Below are positions 17,573-27,252 of a stretch of 42,824 nucleotides of DNA, in pieces (the stretch's first letter is position 1; each line of letters opens with the position of its first letter). The DNA is from Aquificaceae bacterium (GTDB lineage Bacteria > Pseudomonadota > Gammaproteobacteria > Thiotrichales > Thiotrichaceae): positions 1-42,824 of the forward strand of contig QOAQ01000051.1 in assembly GCA_003972955.1 (NCBI GenBank), in the 5' to 3' direction. The notes under the pieces were generated by a model, which was not told the DNA's origin, made no database searches, and saw nothing but the letters and a program-made list of their open reading frames with translations. Both the position numbers and the translations under genes were made by a program.

Positions 17573-18967
17573 CTACATTATACCCAGCTTCTCAAGAACT
17601 TGAATTGTTAGTCCACCTATTGGTAGATTATTCTTTCTTTGATACTTTTCAACGGCTTTCAATGTTCCACCACCGATGCTTCCATCAACAGGTCCATTAT
17701 AAACACCTGCATCTTTAAGTGCTTGCTGAATACGCTTATTTATATCAGCATTCATATTTGTCTGACATAAAATACGACGCCACTCTAGCCTCTCTTTTGA
17801 GATTCTTACACGTTTCTCAATCGTGCTATAAACAGCAGGAATTTTTGTGCGACGCTCTTCTGCTTCAGTTGCTACTTTTTTAACTTTAATTTTTTTATAA
17901 ACAGCAGGTATCTCTACTTCTTTAACTGTTGCTGGCTTCTCAACAACTAATTTCTTTACTACAGCCTTCTTTGCAGGAATACTTTTTAAGCAAATTTGGT
18001 TTCCAGTAGCAACACCATCACCACCAACTTTTGCTCCACGCCAGATGAATTTAGCATCTTCAACTTTTGAAGTAATAGCAACCTTCTTATAAACAGCGGG
18101 AATTTTAACTTTATCGGCAGCAGCATCACTTACAAGCTTGCTAACAGAAATAGCTTTTGTAACTGCTGGAATATCAACACTTTCAATCTTTGATGGGGTT
18201 TTAAGTACCGTTTTCTTAATAATTTTATATTTAGCAGGAACCTGAACTAAACACATGATATCGCCAGTACTGTTATCAATACGTGATACTGGACCAGAAC
18301 CTTTTTTCCAAACGGCTTTAGCCGGCTCAATTTCAATCTTCTCTTCTACCGTTTCGTACTCAGCTTTTATTAAAACTTTCTTTTTAGAAGACTCTTTAGT
18401 TGTAATAACTTCATCAACTTTATCAAACTGAGCAGGTGAAACCTTAATATCTTCAGCTTCTTCTTTAACTAAGACTTCTTTTTCTTTCGTTTCAAACTTT
18501 GCTGGAATATAGTACTCCGCAAAACATTGACCAACGGTAGAATCATCAATATTAATGCCATTTGTTTTAGCCGCTGCTAAAAGCGCAGGACTCGCAGGAA
18601 TACCCCTCTTACCTAAGCTTGTAACCCACTCATTTCTTGCTGGAGAAATTTCAATGCTTTCACTCTCAGTTTTATAAACAGCTGGAACAGCAACTAATTT
18701 TTTAGCAGCTTCTTTCACAAGAACCTGTTTTTCCTGAATATCATAAGTTGCAGGAATAACCTCAACAGTCTCAAACTCTGGTTTTACCAGTACTTTTTCA
18801 GGACGAACTTCAAATTTTGCAGGAACGATGACCTTTGCAAAACATTGTCCTGGCTTTGCATCAGGTAAAGTAGCGGTTGCATCTATTCTGCCTGCCTCTT
18901 CAGCGGCGCCCATAATAGGTATTAGTAATGATAACAATGCAACTGATGCATAACGTTTATTCAGCAT
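17573..18967 (-). CDS. Secreted modular repeat protein with C-terminal peptidoglycan-binding (PG_binding_1-like) domain
   Basis: 464 aa with a signal peptide (ALLSLLIPIMGA|AE). Four ~72-aa modules each start at a Cys and end at a Trp, with repeated [IV]PA[KVT][YF] motifs. The C-terminus IQQALKDAGVYNGPVDGSIGGGTLKAVEKYQRKNNLPIGGLT is typical of PG-binding domain 1. Confidence 0.8.
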   Translation of the reverse strand: MLNKRYASVALLSLLIPIMGAAEEAGRIDATATLPDAKPGQCFAKVIVPAKFEVRPEKVLVKPEFETVEVIPATYDIQEKQVLVKEAAKKLVAVPAVYKTESESIEISPARNEWVTSLGKRGIPASPALLAAAKTNGINIDDSTVGQCFAEYYIPAKFETKEKEVLVKEEAEDIKVSPAQFDKVDEVITTKESSKKKVLIKAEYETVEEKIEIEPAKAVWKKGSGPVSRIDNSTGDIMCLVQVPAKYKIIKKTVLKTPSKIESVDIPAVTKAISVSKLVSDAAADKVKIPAVYKKVAITSKVEDAKFIWRGAKVGGDGVATGNQICLKSIPAKKAVVKKLVVEKPATVKEVEIPAVYKKIKVKKVATEAEERRTKIPAVYSTIEKRVRISKERLEWRRILCQTNMNADINKRIQQALKDAGVYNGPVDGSIGGGTLKAVEKYQRKNNLPIGGLTIQVLEKLGIM

Positions 18968-19435
18968 TTGGAAAACTCCTAAATTTATTATTAACTTTTG
19001 TACTTATTCAATATAATTTTGAATGAATAATTCTGTAAACGACAGAAAAATATTTTGTAAACTTGTGCCAGTATAAAGAGTGAAAGATATACATGCAAAG
19101 TAGGTGGTCAATATTTTGGATATAAGGATAGTTCATATATGACCAATGGGCAACCTCCAACCATTGGCAAAAATATCAAAAAAATAGTTTCTCAAAAACT
19201 ATAATTTATAGACAACTATCTTATCCCTTAGAATAAAACGAATTTTTATATATTTTTTATAACAATACAGGATATATTTAATGTAAATTCAATTAATAAA
19301 ATCTATTTACCAAAAGGTTAATAATAAAAATCACTTTTCCTGTTTCATCTATAAAACAGAAATATCTAGCAAAAAGCGGTTATTAAATAATCATATTTAG
19401 GTTTGAGACTAAAAATATTCTTGATTTTTTACGAG

Positions 19436-19517
19436 TAACTATGCGCCCATTGAGATCATCCAAGCTGAAATAAAAATTCTATGTCAAGTTCCGCACATTA
19501 TTCAATCCTGAGTCCTA
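19436..19517. repeat. Truncated (right-half) copy of the nuoG-nuoH MITE-like element, abutting the nuoN stop codon
   Basis: Ungapped alignment to 27173-27254. The first 45 positions are 41/45 identical (TAACTATGCGCC, TTGAGATCATCCAA, CTGAAA, AAAAATTCT), and the full 85-nt comparison (which extends 3 nt past this feature into nuoN) is about 67/85 identical. Both copies end in AGTCCTAAA, which spans the stop codon of the adjacent gene. No matching left arm lies upstream. Confidence 0.7.
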
Positions 19518-20972
19518 AAGAATAGCGTTTACAGATGCAACACATATAGACATTAAGAAGCTAGGTAGTATTCCCAATCCCAAAACAGCTAAACCATTAA
19601 CACTAAGTAAAGCTCCAAATTCAAACCCTGCTTTGGCTGGTGCTATATCTTTATCTGCCTCATCAAAATACATAATTTTAATTGCACGTAAATAATAATA
19701 TGCTCCGATAACAGACATAATAACAGCAAAAACTGCCAACCATATTACATCAGCACCTACCACCGCTTGTATAACGGACAGTTTTGCATAAAAACCAACT
19801 GTTGGTGGCATTCCTGCCATTGAGAATAAAAATAATAACATCATAAAGGCAACCCAAGGATGCCGTGTGCTTAGTCCTTTTAAATCTGCCAATTCATCTG
19901 CCTCTGACTCTTTATTACTGAGAAAGATAATAACAGCAAAGCCTCCCATAGAAATAATGGCATAGGTAATGATATAAAACATAGAAGCTGCATAACCTGC
20001 TTCTGTCGCTGCTAAGATACCCATCACCACAAATCCCATATGAGAGATAGTTGAGTATGCGAGCATACGTTTTAAGTTAGTTTGAGCGATCGCAATAACA
20101 TTACCGACAAATAATGATAGTGCGGCAAGTAAAACGAGTATTTGTTGCCAACCAATAACCATGTCGCCCAAGCCTTCTGCCAACAAACGAAATACCATCG
20201 CAAAAACGGCTATTTTAGGTGCAGCACCTAAAAACATGGTGATTGCTGTTGGTGCGCCATGATATACATCGGGAATCCACATATGAAAAGGAACGACACC
20301 CAGCTTAAACCCTAATCCTACTAATATGAATGACAAACCTAAAAGTAACCCTAGGTTAGACATAACAGCCTCTTGACTTGATAGATACGTCGCTATATGC
20401 GAGAGATTCAAACTTCCACTTAAACCATAAATAATTGACATGCCGTAGAGCAACATACCCGAAGCAATCGCTCCTAGTACAAAATACTTCATAGCAGCTT
20501 CTGAAGCTTGTTTATTATCACGTCGAAAAGCAACCATTGCATATAATGACAATGATAATAATTCTAATCCAAGATAGATGAGTAACATGGTCTTCGCTGA
20601 AACCATTACCATCATACCGAGTACAGCAAATAGACCTAATGTGAATAACTCGCCCTTATACATACCTCTATCTTTCAAATAAGGTCGCGAATAAGCAAAC
20701 ACAGCCATGGTAATTAGAATTATAGATATTTTCAGCACACGCCCCATAGGATCTGCAACAAACATATCATTAAAGGTTGTAACAACGGTTGCGTTGTCAG
20801 TAGCAGTATAAACCAACCATGCTGTAAATAATAAGCTCGCCTGTGCCACTATATAGGTAATATATCGTTGATAATCTTTGACAAAAAGATCAAGTAATAG
20901 CACTGCACACGTTGCTATCAACAGAAAAATTTCTGGATAGGCTGGAGCAATTTCTGATAAATATTCTGGCAT
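19515..20972 (-). CDS. nuoN: NADH-quinone oxidoreductase subunit N
   Basis: 485-aa polytopic antiporter-like subunit, last gene of the nuo cluster. Gene order and the motif PFHMWIPDVYHGAP support the call. Confidence 0.93.
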   Translation of the reverse strand: MPEYLSEIAPAYPEIFLLIATCAVLLLDLFVKDYQRYITYIVAQASLLFTAWLVYTATDNATVVTTFNDMFVADPMGRVLKISIILITMAVFAYSRPYLKDRGMYKGELFTLGLFAVLGMMVMVSAKTMLLIYLGLELLSLSLYAMVAFRRDNKQASEAAMKYFVLGAIASGMLLYGMSIIYGLSGSLNLSHIATYLSSQEAVMSNLGLLLGLSFILVGLGFKLGVVPFHMWIPDVYHGAPTAITMFLGAAPKIAVFAMVFRLLAEGLGDMVIGWQQILVLLAALSLFVGNVIAIAQTNLKRMLAYSTISHMGFVVMGILAATEAGYAASMFYIITYAIISMGGFAVIIFLSNKESEADELADLKGLSTRHPWVAFMMLLFLFSMAGMPPTVGFYAKLSVIQAVVGADVIWLAVFAVIMSVIGAYYYLRAIKIMYFDEADKDIAPAKAGFEFGALLSVNGLAVLGLGILPSFLMSICVASVNAIL

Positions 20973-20980
20973 TTTTAATC

Positions 20981-22495
20981 CTATTGCGTCGGCAACTTAG
21001 AGCTAGTTGCTTGCTGAATAATATGATCGATAGTATCTGTCATCACATGTGTTAGAGGCTCTGGCCATAAACCTAAAATAAGTACAGCTATCGCAAGAAC
21101 ACCTAACATAAAGAACTCACGAACATTGAGATCCTTTAAAGCACCTACTTCATTATTTGCTACCTCGCCTAAAATAACGCGCTTTACAAGCCATAGCGTA
21201 TAAGCTGCACCAACAATCAAGGTTGATGCGGCGAGGAAAGCAATCCAGAAGTTGGCTTTAAAACTTGACAAAATAACCATGAATTCACCAACGAAGCCTG
21301 ATGTTCCTGGTAAACCTGTATTTGCCATTGCAAAGAAGATAAAGAGCGCACCAAAAATAGGCATTCTATTAATGACACCACCGTAGGCTGATATTTCTCG
21401 TGTGTGCATACGATCATACAAGACACCAATACTTAGGAACATTGCTCCCGATATAAAGCCATGTGAAACCATTTGTACCATACCACCTTGCATTGCTAAA
21501 GCAGACCCTGTTGATGCGCCTGTATTAGTAATAATGGGATAGATAAGGAAAATACCTAAGGTGACAAAGCCCATGTGTGCGATTGATGAATAAGCGACTA
21601 ACTTTTTCATGTCGGACTGAACGAGTGCAATAAAGCCAATATAGACAACAGCGACTAACGACATAAAGATAACTAACCATGCTAACTCTGCCGATGCATC
21701 GGGAACCATTGGTAAAGTAAATCGCAAGAAGCCATAGCCCCCTATTTTCAGCATAATAGCGGCTAGTACAACTGAGCCTCCTGTTGGTGCTTGCACGTGA
21801 GCATCAGGTAGCCATGTATGGACAGGCCACATAGGAATTTTGACACCAAAAGCAATAAGGAAGGACAAAAATATTAATATCTGTGCTGTCATTCCCAACT
21901 CTAGATTGTGCAGATCAGCAATCGCAAAGCTATTTCCTTGCGAATACATATACAACAAACTAACGAGCATGAAAACTGAGCCAAAGAAGGTATAAAGGAA
22001 AAACTTCATCGTGGCATAAACACGATCAGCACCACCCCAAATACCTATCACAATAAACATAGGAATTAGCATGGCTTCAAAAAACACATAGAACAAGATG
22101 GCATCTTGTGCGGCAAACACACCATTGATGATGCCTTCCATTATCAAGAAAGCAGCCATGTACTGACCTACTTTATTTTGAATAACTTGCCAACCTGCAA
22201 TCACAATCAACACGGTGGTAAAGGTATTCAAAAGTAACAATGGCATGGAAATACCATCAACGCCTAAATGATAATTGATACTAAAGCTATCAATCCACGG
22301 TACAAGCTCTACAAATTGCATTGCATAGCCATTAGGATCAAAATCAGTCCACAATGGAATGCTTAAAACAAACGTTACCCCACTGACAATTAACGCAACT
22401 GGGCGTGCTAAAAACCGATCATTAACAAATAATGTTAAGAGTCCACCTAAAATGGGTAGCCATACTAATACACTGAGCAAATATCCATCAAACAT
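20981..22495 (-). CDS. nuoM: NADH-quinone oxidoreductase subunit M
   Basis: 504-aa antiporter-like subunit with the motif VHTWLPDAHVQAPTGGSV. Position between nuoL and nuoN. Confidence 0.93.
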   Translation of the reverse strand: MFDGYLLSVLVWLPILGGLLTLFVNDRFLARPVALIVSGVTFVLSIPLWTDFDPNGYAMQFVELVPWIDSFSINYHLGVDGISMPLLLLNTFTTVLIVIAGWQVIQNKVGQYMAAFLIMEGIINGVFAAQDAILFYVFFEAMLIPMFIVIGIWGGADRVYATMKFFLYTFFGSVFMLVSLLYMYSQGNSFAIADLHNLELGMTAQILIFLSFLIAFGVKIPMWPVHTWLPDAHVQAPTGGSVVLAAIMLKIGGYGFLRFTLPMVPDASAELAWLVIFMSLVAVVYIGFIALVQSDMKKLVAYSSIAHMGFVTLGIFLIYPIITNTGASTGSALAMQGGMVQMVSHGFISGAMFLSIGVLYDRMHTREISAYGGVINRMPIFGALFIFFAMANTGLPGTSGFVGEFMVILSSFKANFWIAFLAASTLIVGAAYTLWLVKRVILGEVANNEVGALKDLNVREFFMLGVLAIAVLILGLWPEPLTHVMTDTIDHIIQQATSSKLPTQ

Positions 22496-24488
22496 AATTC
22501 ACCCCAAAAATCAGCCAGCTAATAATTAACAACACACCAATAATCATAGAGAAAGCATAGTGATATAAATAACCTGTTTGTATATGACGAATAATTCCTG
22601 AGAACCAACCGACAACTTTAGCAGAACCATTGACAACAAGGTTATCAATCAAGAAGCGATCACCTGCAGCCCATAAACCTTTACCTAGTGCTAACGCTCC
22701 ACCAGCAAAGACTTTCTGATTAAAGTCATCTACAAAATATTTCTTATCCAGCAAGGTGTGCAACCAACGGAATTTATCGTACCCCCACTGGGCAATAGAA
22801 GGTTTTTTCATATATATAAACCAAGCACTACCCAATCCCGCCATTGCTAACCAGAAAGGAGGTGCCATCAAACCATGTAAAACAAACATCCATATTCCAT
22901 GATAGTTTTCTGCAAGTTCGGCAATAACAGGATGTTCTTCACTGGCATAAATAACACCGTCAAAGAAGTCACCGACTACCATAGGATAAACAAGATAACC
23001 TGCTATCACGGCAGGAATAGCTAATGCAATCAGCGGGATTGTTACGGTTAACGGAGATTCATGTAGATGTTCCTTTGTATGTGCGTCCATACGTTCTTCT
23101 CCATGAAACACTAAGAAGAACAATCTAAAGCTATAAAATGCTGTAATAAACACACCCAACAAGACCATGATATAGGCAAATCCTGCTGCTGATAAATGAG
23201 ACTCATGCACGGCCTCTATAATCATATCCTTGGAGAAAAATCCTGAAAAGAATGGGAATCCTATTAATGCCAAAGAACCTATCAATGATGTCCAATAAGT
23301 GATTGGCATATACTTCTTTAAGCCACCCATTTTACGAATATCTTGCTCATGGTGCATTGCCATAATGACCGAGCCTGCCGCAAGGAATAACAAGGCTTTA
23401 AAGAAAGCATGTGTCATTAAGTGGAATACGCCAGCACTATACGCTGAGGCACCGAGTGCGACTGTCATATAACCGAGTTGAGATAAGGTTGAGTAGGCGA
23501 CGACGCGCTTTATATCGTTTTGTACTACACCAATCAAGCCCATAAAGAAGGCTGTGATAGAGCCAATAATCAAAATAAAGTTTAGTGCCGTATCGGATAA
23601 CTCAAAGATAGGTGACATACGCGATACCATAAAGATACCTGCAGTTACCATCGTTGCCGCATGTATTAATGCAGAGATAGGGGTTGGACCTTCCATAGAA
23701 TCTGGTAACCAGACATGCAAGGGAACTTGTGCTGATTTACCCATTGCACCAATAAATAGCAAGATGGCTGCCACTGTCATTAATGACCATTCGTGACCAG
23801 GAAGGATGGTAATGGTCAACTCAGATATTTCAGGAAGCTTCGCAAAAACCTCTTTGTAATCTAAAGAGCCTGTATAAGCAAAAATAGCACCTATACCCAG
23901 TATAAAACCAAAATCACCTACACGATTCACTAAAAAGGCTTTCATATTGGCGAAAATAGCAGTCTCACGCGTAGACCAAAAACCAATTAACAAATAAGAG
24001 ACTAAACCCACTGCTTCCCAACCAAAGAATAACTGCATAAAGTTATTCGACATGACTAAGATAAGCATTGAGAAAGTAAACAATGATATATAGCTAAAGA
24101 AGCGCTGGTAACTATTGTCTCCTGCCCGACTTGATTTTGGCCAGTTATGATCATCATCTGACATATACGCAATGGTGTAAATATGTACCATTAATGATAC
24201 AAAGGTGACCACAACCATCATCATGGCAGTTAGGTTATCTATAAGAAAACCTACTTCAAATTTTACACCTTCAACTACCATCCATGTATAGACAGTACCA
24301 TTGTAGCTATTACCATCAAAAGCGATGTGTTTTAGGACAACAAACGATAAGGCACAAGCAATACCAACACCTAGTAAGGTAACGGTATGCGCACCTTTGC
24401 GCCCTATTTTACTGCCAAACAATCCCGCTATAACTGAGCCTAACAAGGCTGCAAGAGGTATGGCTAGGTAGATAGATTCCATCGTCAT
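22488..24488 (-). CDS. nuoL: NADH-quinone oxidoreductase subunit L
   Basis: 666-aa antiporter-like subunit with a long C-terminal extension. Motifs: WEAVGLVSYLLIGFW and PLHVWLPDSMEGPTPISALIHAATMV. Confidence 0.94.
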   Translation of the reverse strand: MTMESIYLAIPLAALLGSVIAGLFGSKIGRKGAHTVTLLGVGIACALSFVVLKHIAFDGNSYNGTVYTWMVVEGVKFEVGFLIDNLTAMMMVVVTFVSLMVHIYTIAYMSDDDHNWPKSSRAGDNSYQRFFSYISLFTFSMLILVMSNNFMQLFFGWEAVGLVSYLLIGFWSTRETAIFANMKAFLVNRVGDFGFILGIGAIFAYTGSLDYKEVFAKLPEISELTITILPGHEWSLMTVAAILLFIGAMGKSAQVPLHVWLPDSMEGPTPISALIHAATMVTAGIFMVSRMSPIFELSDTALNFILIIGSITAFFMGLIGVVQNDIKRVVAYSTLSQLGYMTVALGASAYSAGVFHLMTHAFFKALLFLAAGSVIMAMHHEQDIRKMGGLKKYMPITYWTSLIGSLALIGFPFFSGFFSKDMIIEAVHESHLSAAGFAYIMVLLGVFITAFYSFRLFFLVFHGEERMDAHTKEHLHESPLTVTIPLIALAIPAVIAGYLVYPMVVGDFFDGVIYASEEHPVIAELAENYHGIWMFVLHGLMAPPFWLAMAGLGSAWFIYMKKPSIAQWGYDKFRWLHTLLDKKYFVDDFNQKVFAGGALALGKGLWAAGDRFLIDNLVVNGSAKVVGWFSGIIRHIQTGYLYHYAFSMIIGVLLIISWLIFGVNYV

Positions 24489-24495
24489 TTACTTA

Positions 24496-24801
24496 TTACC
24501 CCTTTAGCTGATCAAGTTCTTGCACATTGATCGTGCGACGATTTCTAAAGACAACGACTAAAATAGCTAAGCCTATCGCTGCTTCTGCTGCGGCAACCGT
24601 TAAAATAAAGAAGACAAAAACCTGTCCTGCCATATCACCTAAATAATGAGAAAAGGCAATAAAATTGATATTCACAGCGAGCAACATCAATTCAATACAC
24701 ATAAGCAAGATAATGATATTTTTACGATTAAGAAAAATACCAGCAATACTAATAGAAAATAGCAAGCCACCTAATATGAGAAAATGCGATAATGGGATCA
24801 T
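24496..24801 (-). CDS. nuoK: NADH-quinone oxidoreductase subunit K
   Basis: 101 aa with three TM segments. Motifs: [11 protein letters not shown] and [13 protein letters not shown]. Confidence 0.93.
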   Translation of the reverse strand: MIPLSHFLILGGLLFSISIAGIFLNRKNIIILLMCIELMLLAVNINFIAFSHYLGDMAGQVFVFFILTVAAAEAAIGLAILVVVFRNRRTINVQELDQLKG

Positions 24802-25401
24802 TTATTGCTTCTCCTCTGATTTCATGTTGATGATACGCAAGCGGTCTTTGCTTTTAACACGTACTTGTTCTGAAATATTTTGACGTTTTGTTTTATCATT
24901 ACGTTTACGCATGGTGAGTGATATCGCTGCAATAATGGCAACAACAAGAATAACGGCAGCTAACTCGAAAGGATAAACATATTCGGTATATAAGATTTCA
25001 CCCAGTGCCTTGGTATTGCTGTAACTTAACGGCATCGGGTCGGGAATAGCCATATTGAACGTATCAGAGCTTAATACAATAATAATTTCAGCCGCTACTA
25101 TGACTGCTACTAAAATACCAACAGGTAAATAGCGTATAAAGCCTTCTCGCAGAGGATCGATATTAATATCTAACATCATAATAACAAACAAAAATAGCAC
25201 CATTACAGCACCAACATATACCAGCACCAAGACAACACCTAAGAATTCCGCTTCTAATAGTATCCATGTTGCTGCACTGGTAAAAAAGGCTAATATAAGA
25301 AACAGTGCTGCGTATACAGGGTTACGCATAGTAACCACGCCGATAGCAGAAACTATCGTTACTGTTGCAAATATATAGAAGATGAATTGCTCAAATGTCA
25401 T
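24802..25401 (-). CDS. nuoJ: NADH-quinone oxidoreductase subunit J
   Basis: 199-aa hydrophobic protein (RNPVYAALFLILAFF, GAVMVLFLFVIMML). Operon position between nuoI and nuoK. Confidence 0.9.
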   Translation of the reverse strand: MTFEQFIFYIFATVTIVSAIGVVTMRNPVYAALFLILAFFTSAATWILLEAEFLGVVLVLVYVGAVMVLFLFVIMMLDINIDPLREGFIRYLPVGILVAVIVAAEIIIVLSSDTFNMAIPDPMPLSYSNTKALGEILYTEYVYPFELAAVILVVAIIAAISLTMRKRNDKTKRQNISEQVRVKSKDRLRIINMKSEEKQ

Positions 25402-25468
25402 TTAATTTAATACCTCTGAAGTCACTAATTATCGATATAAAGATAGTGTTTATTACCATCACTTTAAT

Positions 25469-25975
25469 TTACCGATAAGGTGCATCTGCTGCTCTATGTT
25501 TTGCAATATCTAATTCATGCTTGTCACCAAAAGCTAAAAGCTTTTCTTTCGTCATAAGATGCTCACCGCGCTCTTCAAAGTGATACTCAAAAATTTGTGT
25601 TTCTACGATTGCATCGACAGGGCAAGCTTCTTCACAAAATCCACAATAGATACATTTAAACATATCGATATTGTATTTTGTGGTTCTACGCGTACCATCC
25701 GCCCGTTCTTCTAGCTCAATATCAATCGCTAGCGCAGGACATACAGCTTCACATAATTTACAGGCAATACAACGCTCTTCCCCATTAGGGTAACGACGTA
25801 AAGCATGATGACCACGAAAACGTGGCGAAATAGGTGTTTTTTGCTCAGGGTATTGAATTGTAATCTTCTTCGCAAAAAAATACTTACCCGTTACACTGAG
25901 CCCCTGTAATAACTCAAACAGTGTAAATGTTTTTACAAAGTGCTTAATTGAACTCATCATTTCCAAGGCTCCCAT
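25469..25975 (-). CDS. nuoI: NADH-quinone oxidoreductase subunit I (2x[4Fe-4S] ferredoxin)
   Basis: Two CxxCxxCxxxCP motifs ([24 protein letters not shown]). The true start may instead be ATG 25960 or 25957, which overlap the nuoH stop in an ATGATGA arrangement. Confidence 0.92.
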   Translation of the reverse strand: MGALEMMSSIKHFVKTFTLFELLQGLSVTGKYFFAKKITIQYPEQKTPISPRFRGHHALRRYPNGEERCIACKLCEAVCPALAIDIELEERADGTRRTTKYNIDMFKCIYCGFCEEACPVDAIVETQIFEYHFEERGEHLMTKEKLLAFGDKHELDIAKHRAADAPYR

Positions 25976-27021
25976 CCTAATCCAATGGCAATACCTTCAC
26001 CAAAAATCCAAATCAATGTAACAGGTATTAATATTTTCCAACCCAAACGCATAATTTGATCATAACGATAACGTGGGAAAGTTGCTCTAAACCATAAATA
26101 TAAGAACAAGAAGATAAGCGACTTAAAAATTAACCAATGAAAACCGCTGTCAAAGAAAGCACCAATCACAGGAATAGCCAATAGACTCTCAAAATTTTCA
26201 AAGGGAGATAACCAGCCCCCTAAGAATAGCAAAGCAGTTAATACTGAGATCAACAACATACTGGCATACTCTGCCAAGAAAAATAGTGCAAATGCCATGC
26301 CTGAATATTCCACATGGAAACCCGCTACTATCTCCGACTCACCTTCTGCCACATCAAAAGGTGCACGATTCGTTTCTGCTACACCCGATATAAAATATAC
26401 AACTAACAAACCAAATAATGGCCACATAAACCAATGTTGTATTCCACCTGACTGAGCATTAACAATATCAGAAAGGTTCAAACTACCTGCCGCCATTAGA
26501 ACACCTACTAAGGCGAAGCCCATTGCTATTTCGTAGGCAACCATTTGTGCGCCAATTCTCATGGAGCTTAAAATTGCATATTTAGAGTTAGAAGCCCAAC
26601 CTGCAAGAATTATGCCAAAGACATCTAAAGAGGTGATCCCTAAAACAAATAACAAACCTGCATTAACATTTGCTAACACACCACCGTCAAAGAAAGGAAT
26701 GACTGACCAAACCACTAAAGCAGGCGCAAGCGCAAGAATGGGGGCAATAAAGAAAACGGCTTTACTTGATTCTGTTGGTGTAATGATCTCCTTAAACATA
26801 AGTTTAACAACATCAGCAATCGGTTGTAGCCACCCTTTAGGGCCTACTCGATTGGGTCCACAACGCACCTGCATGTAACCAATGACTTTACGCTCTGCAA
26901 ACGTCGTATAAGCGACGGCTAAAATCAAAGGCAATAGAATAGCTACGATCTTTAACAAGATCACAATGACGGTTTGTAACGCCTCTGGTAAACCATCCCA
27001 AATTGCAATTAAACTATCCAA
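25957..27021 (-). CDS. nuoH: NADH-quinone oxidoreductase subunit H
   Basis: 354 aa with [21 protein letters not shown] and [21 protein letters not shown]. It starts at TTG 27021. There is no in-frame ATG before an upstream stop, and AGAGAG lies about 10 nt upstream. Confidence 0.92.
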   Translation of the reverse strand: MDSLIAIWDGLPEALQTVIVILLKIVAILLPLILAVAYTTFAERKVIGYMQVRCGPNRVGPKGWLQPIADVVKLMFKEIITPTESSKAVFFIAPILALAPALVVWSVIPFFDGGVLANVNAGLLFVLGITSLDVFGIILAGWASNSKYAILSSMRIGAQMVAYEIAMGFALVGVLMAAGSLNLSDIVNAQSGGIQHWFMWPLFGLLVVYFISGVAETNRAPFDVAEGESEIVAGFHVEYSGMAFALFFLAEYASMLLISVLTALLFLGGWLSPFENFESLLAIPVIGAFFDSGFHWLIFKSLIFLFLYLWFRATFPRYRYDQIMRLGWKILIPVTLIWIFGEGIAIGLGWEPWK

Positions 27022-27093
27022 AATATATAACTCTCTATAAGTATCTGATCTTCAAACATTAACTGTTTGATATTTTTTTCTCAAGAATATTAA

Positions 27094-27252
27094 GGACTCC
27101 GAACAAAACAACTAGAGGAACTTAACTTGCTTTTTTGTCCCAGTTTGAATGATCTCAAATCGTTGCATAGAATAACTATGCGCCTCTTGAGATCATCCAA
27201 TCTGAAACAAAAATTCTGCGTTATCTTCCTCTAGTTATTTAATTCGAAGTCC
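27094..27252. mobile_element. MITE-like 159-bp long imperfect palindrome inserted between nuoG and nuoH
   Basis: Terminal inverted repeats are GGACTCCGAA (27094-27103) / TTCGAAGTCC (27243-27252). Internal perfect pairs are AACTAGAGGAA/TTCCTCTAGTT (27110-27120 / 27226-27236) and ATGATCTCAA/TTGAGATCAT (27149-27158 / 27187-27196), plus an apical GCATAG/CTATGC. TAA flanks both ends (27091-27093, 27253-27255). A partial second copy lies at 19436-19517. Confidence 0.65.

Noticed and set aside
17391-17603. 70-aa plus-strand ORF downstream of murI
   Set aside because: It starts inside the REP-like hairpin, runs through the bidirectional terminator and overlaps the 3' end of the convergent gene. It has no recognisable motifs.
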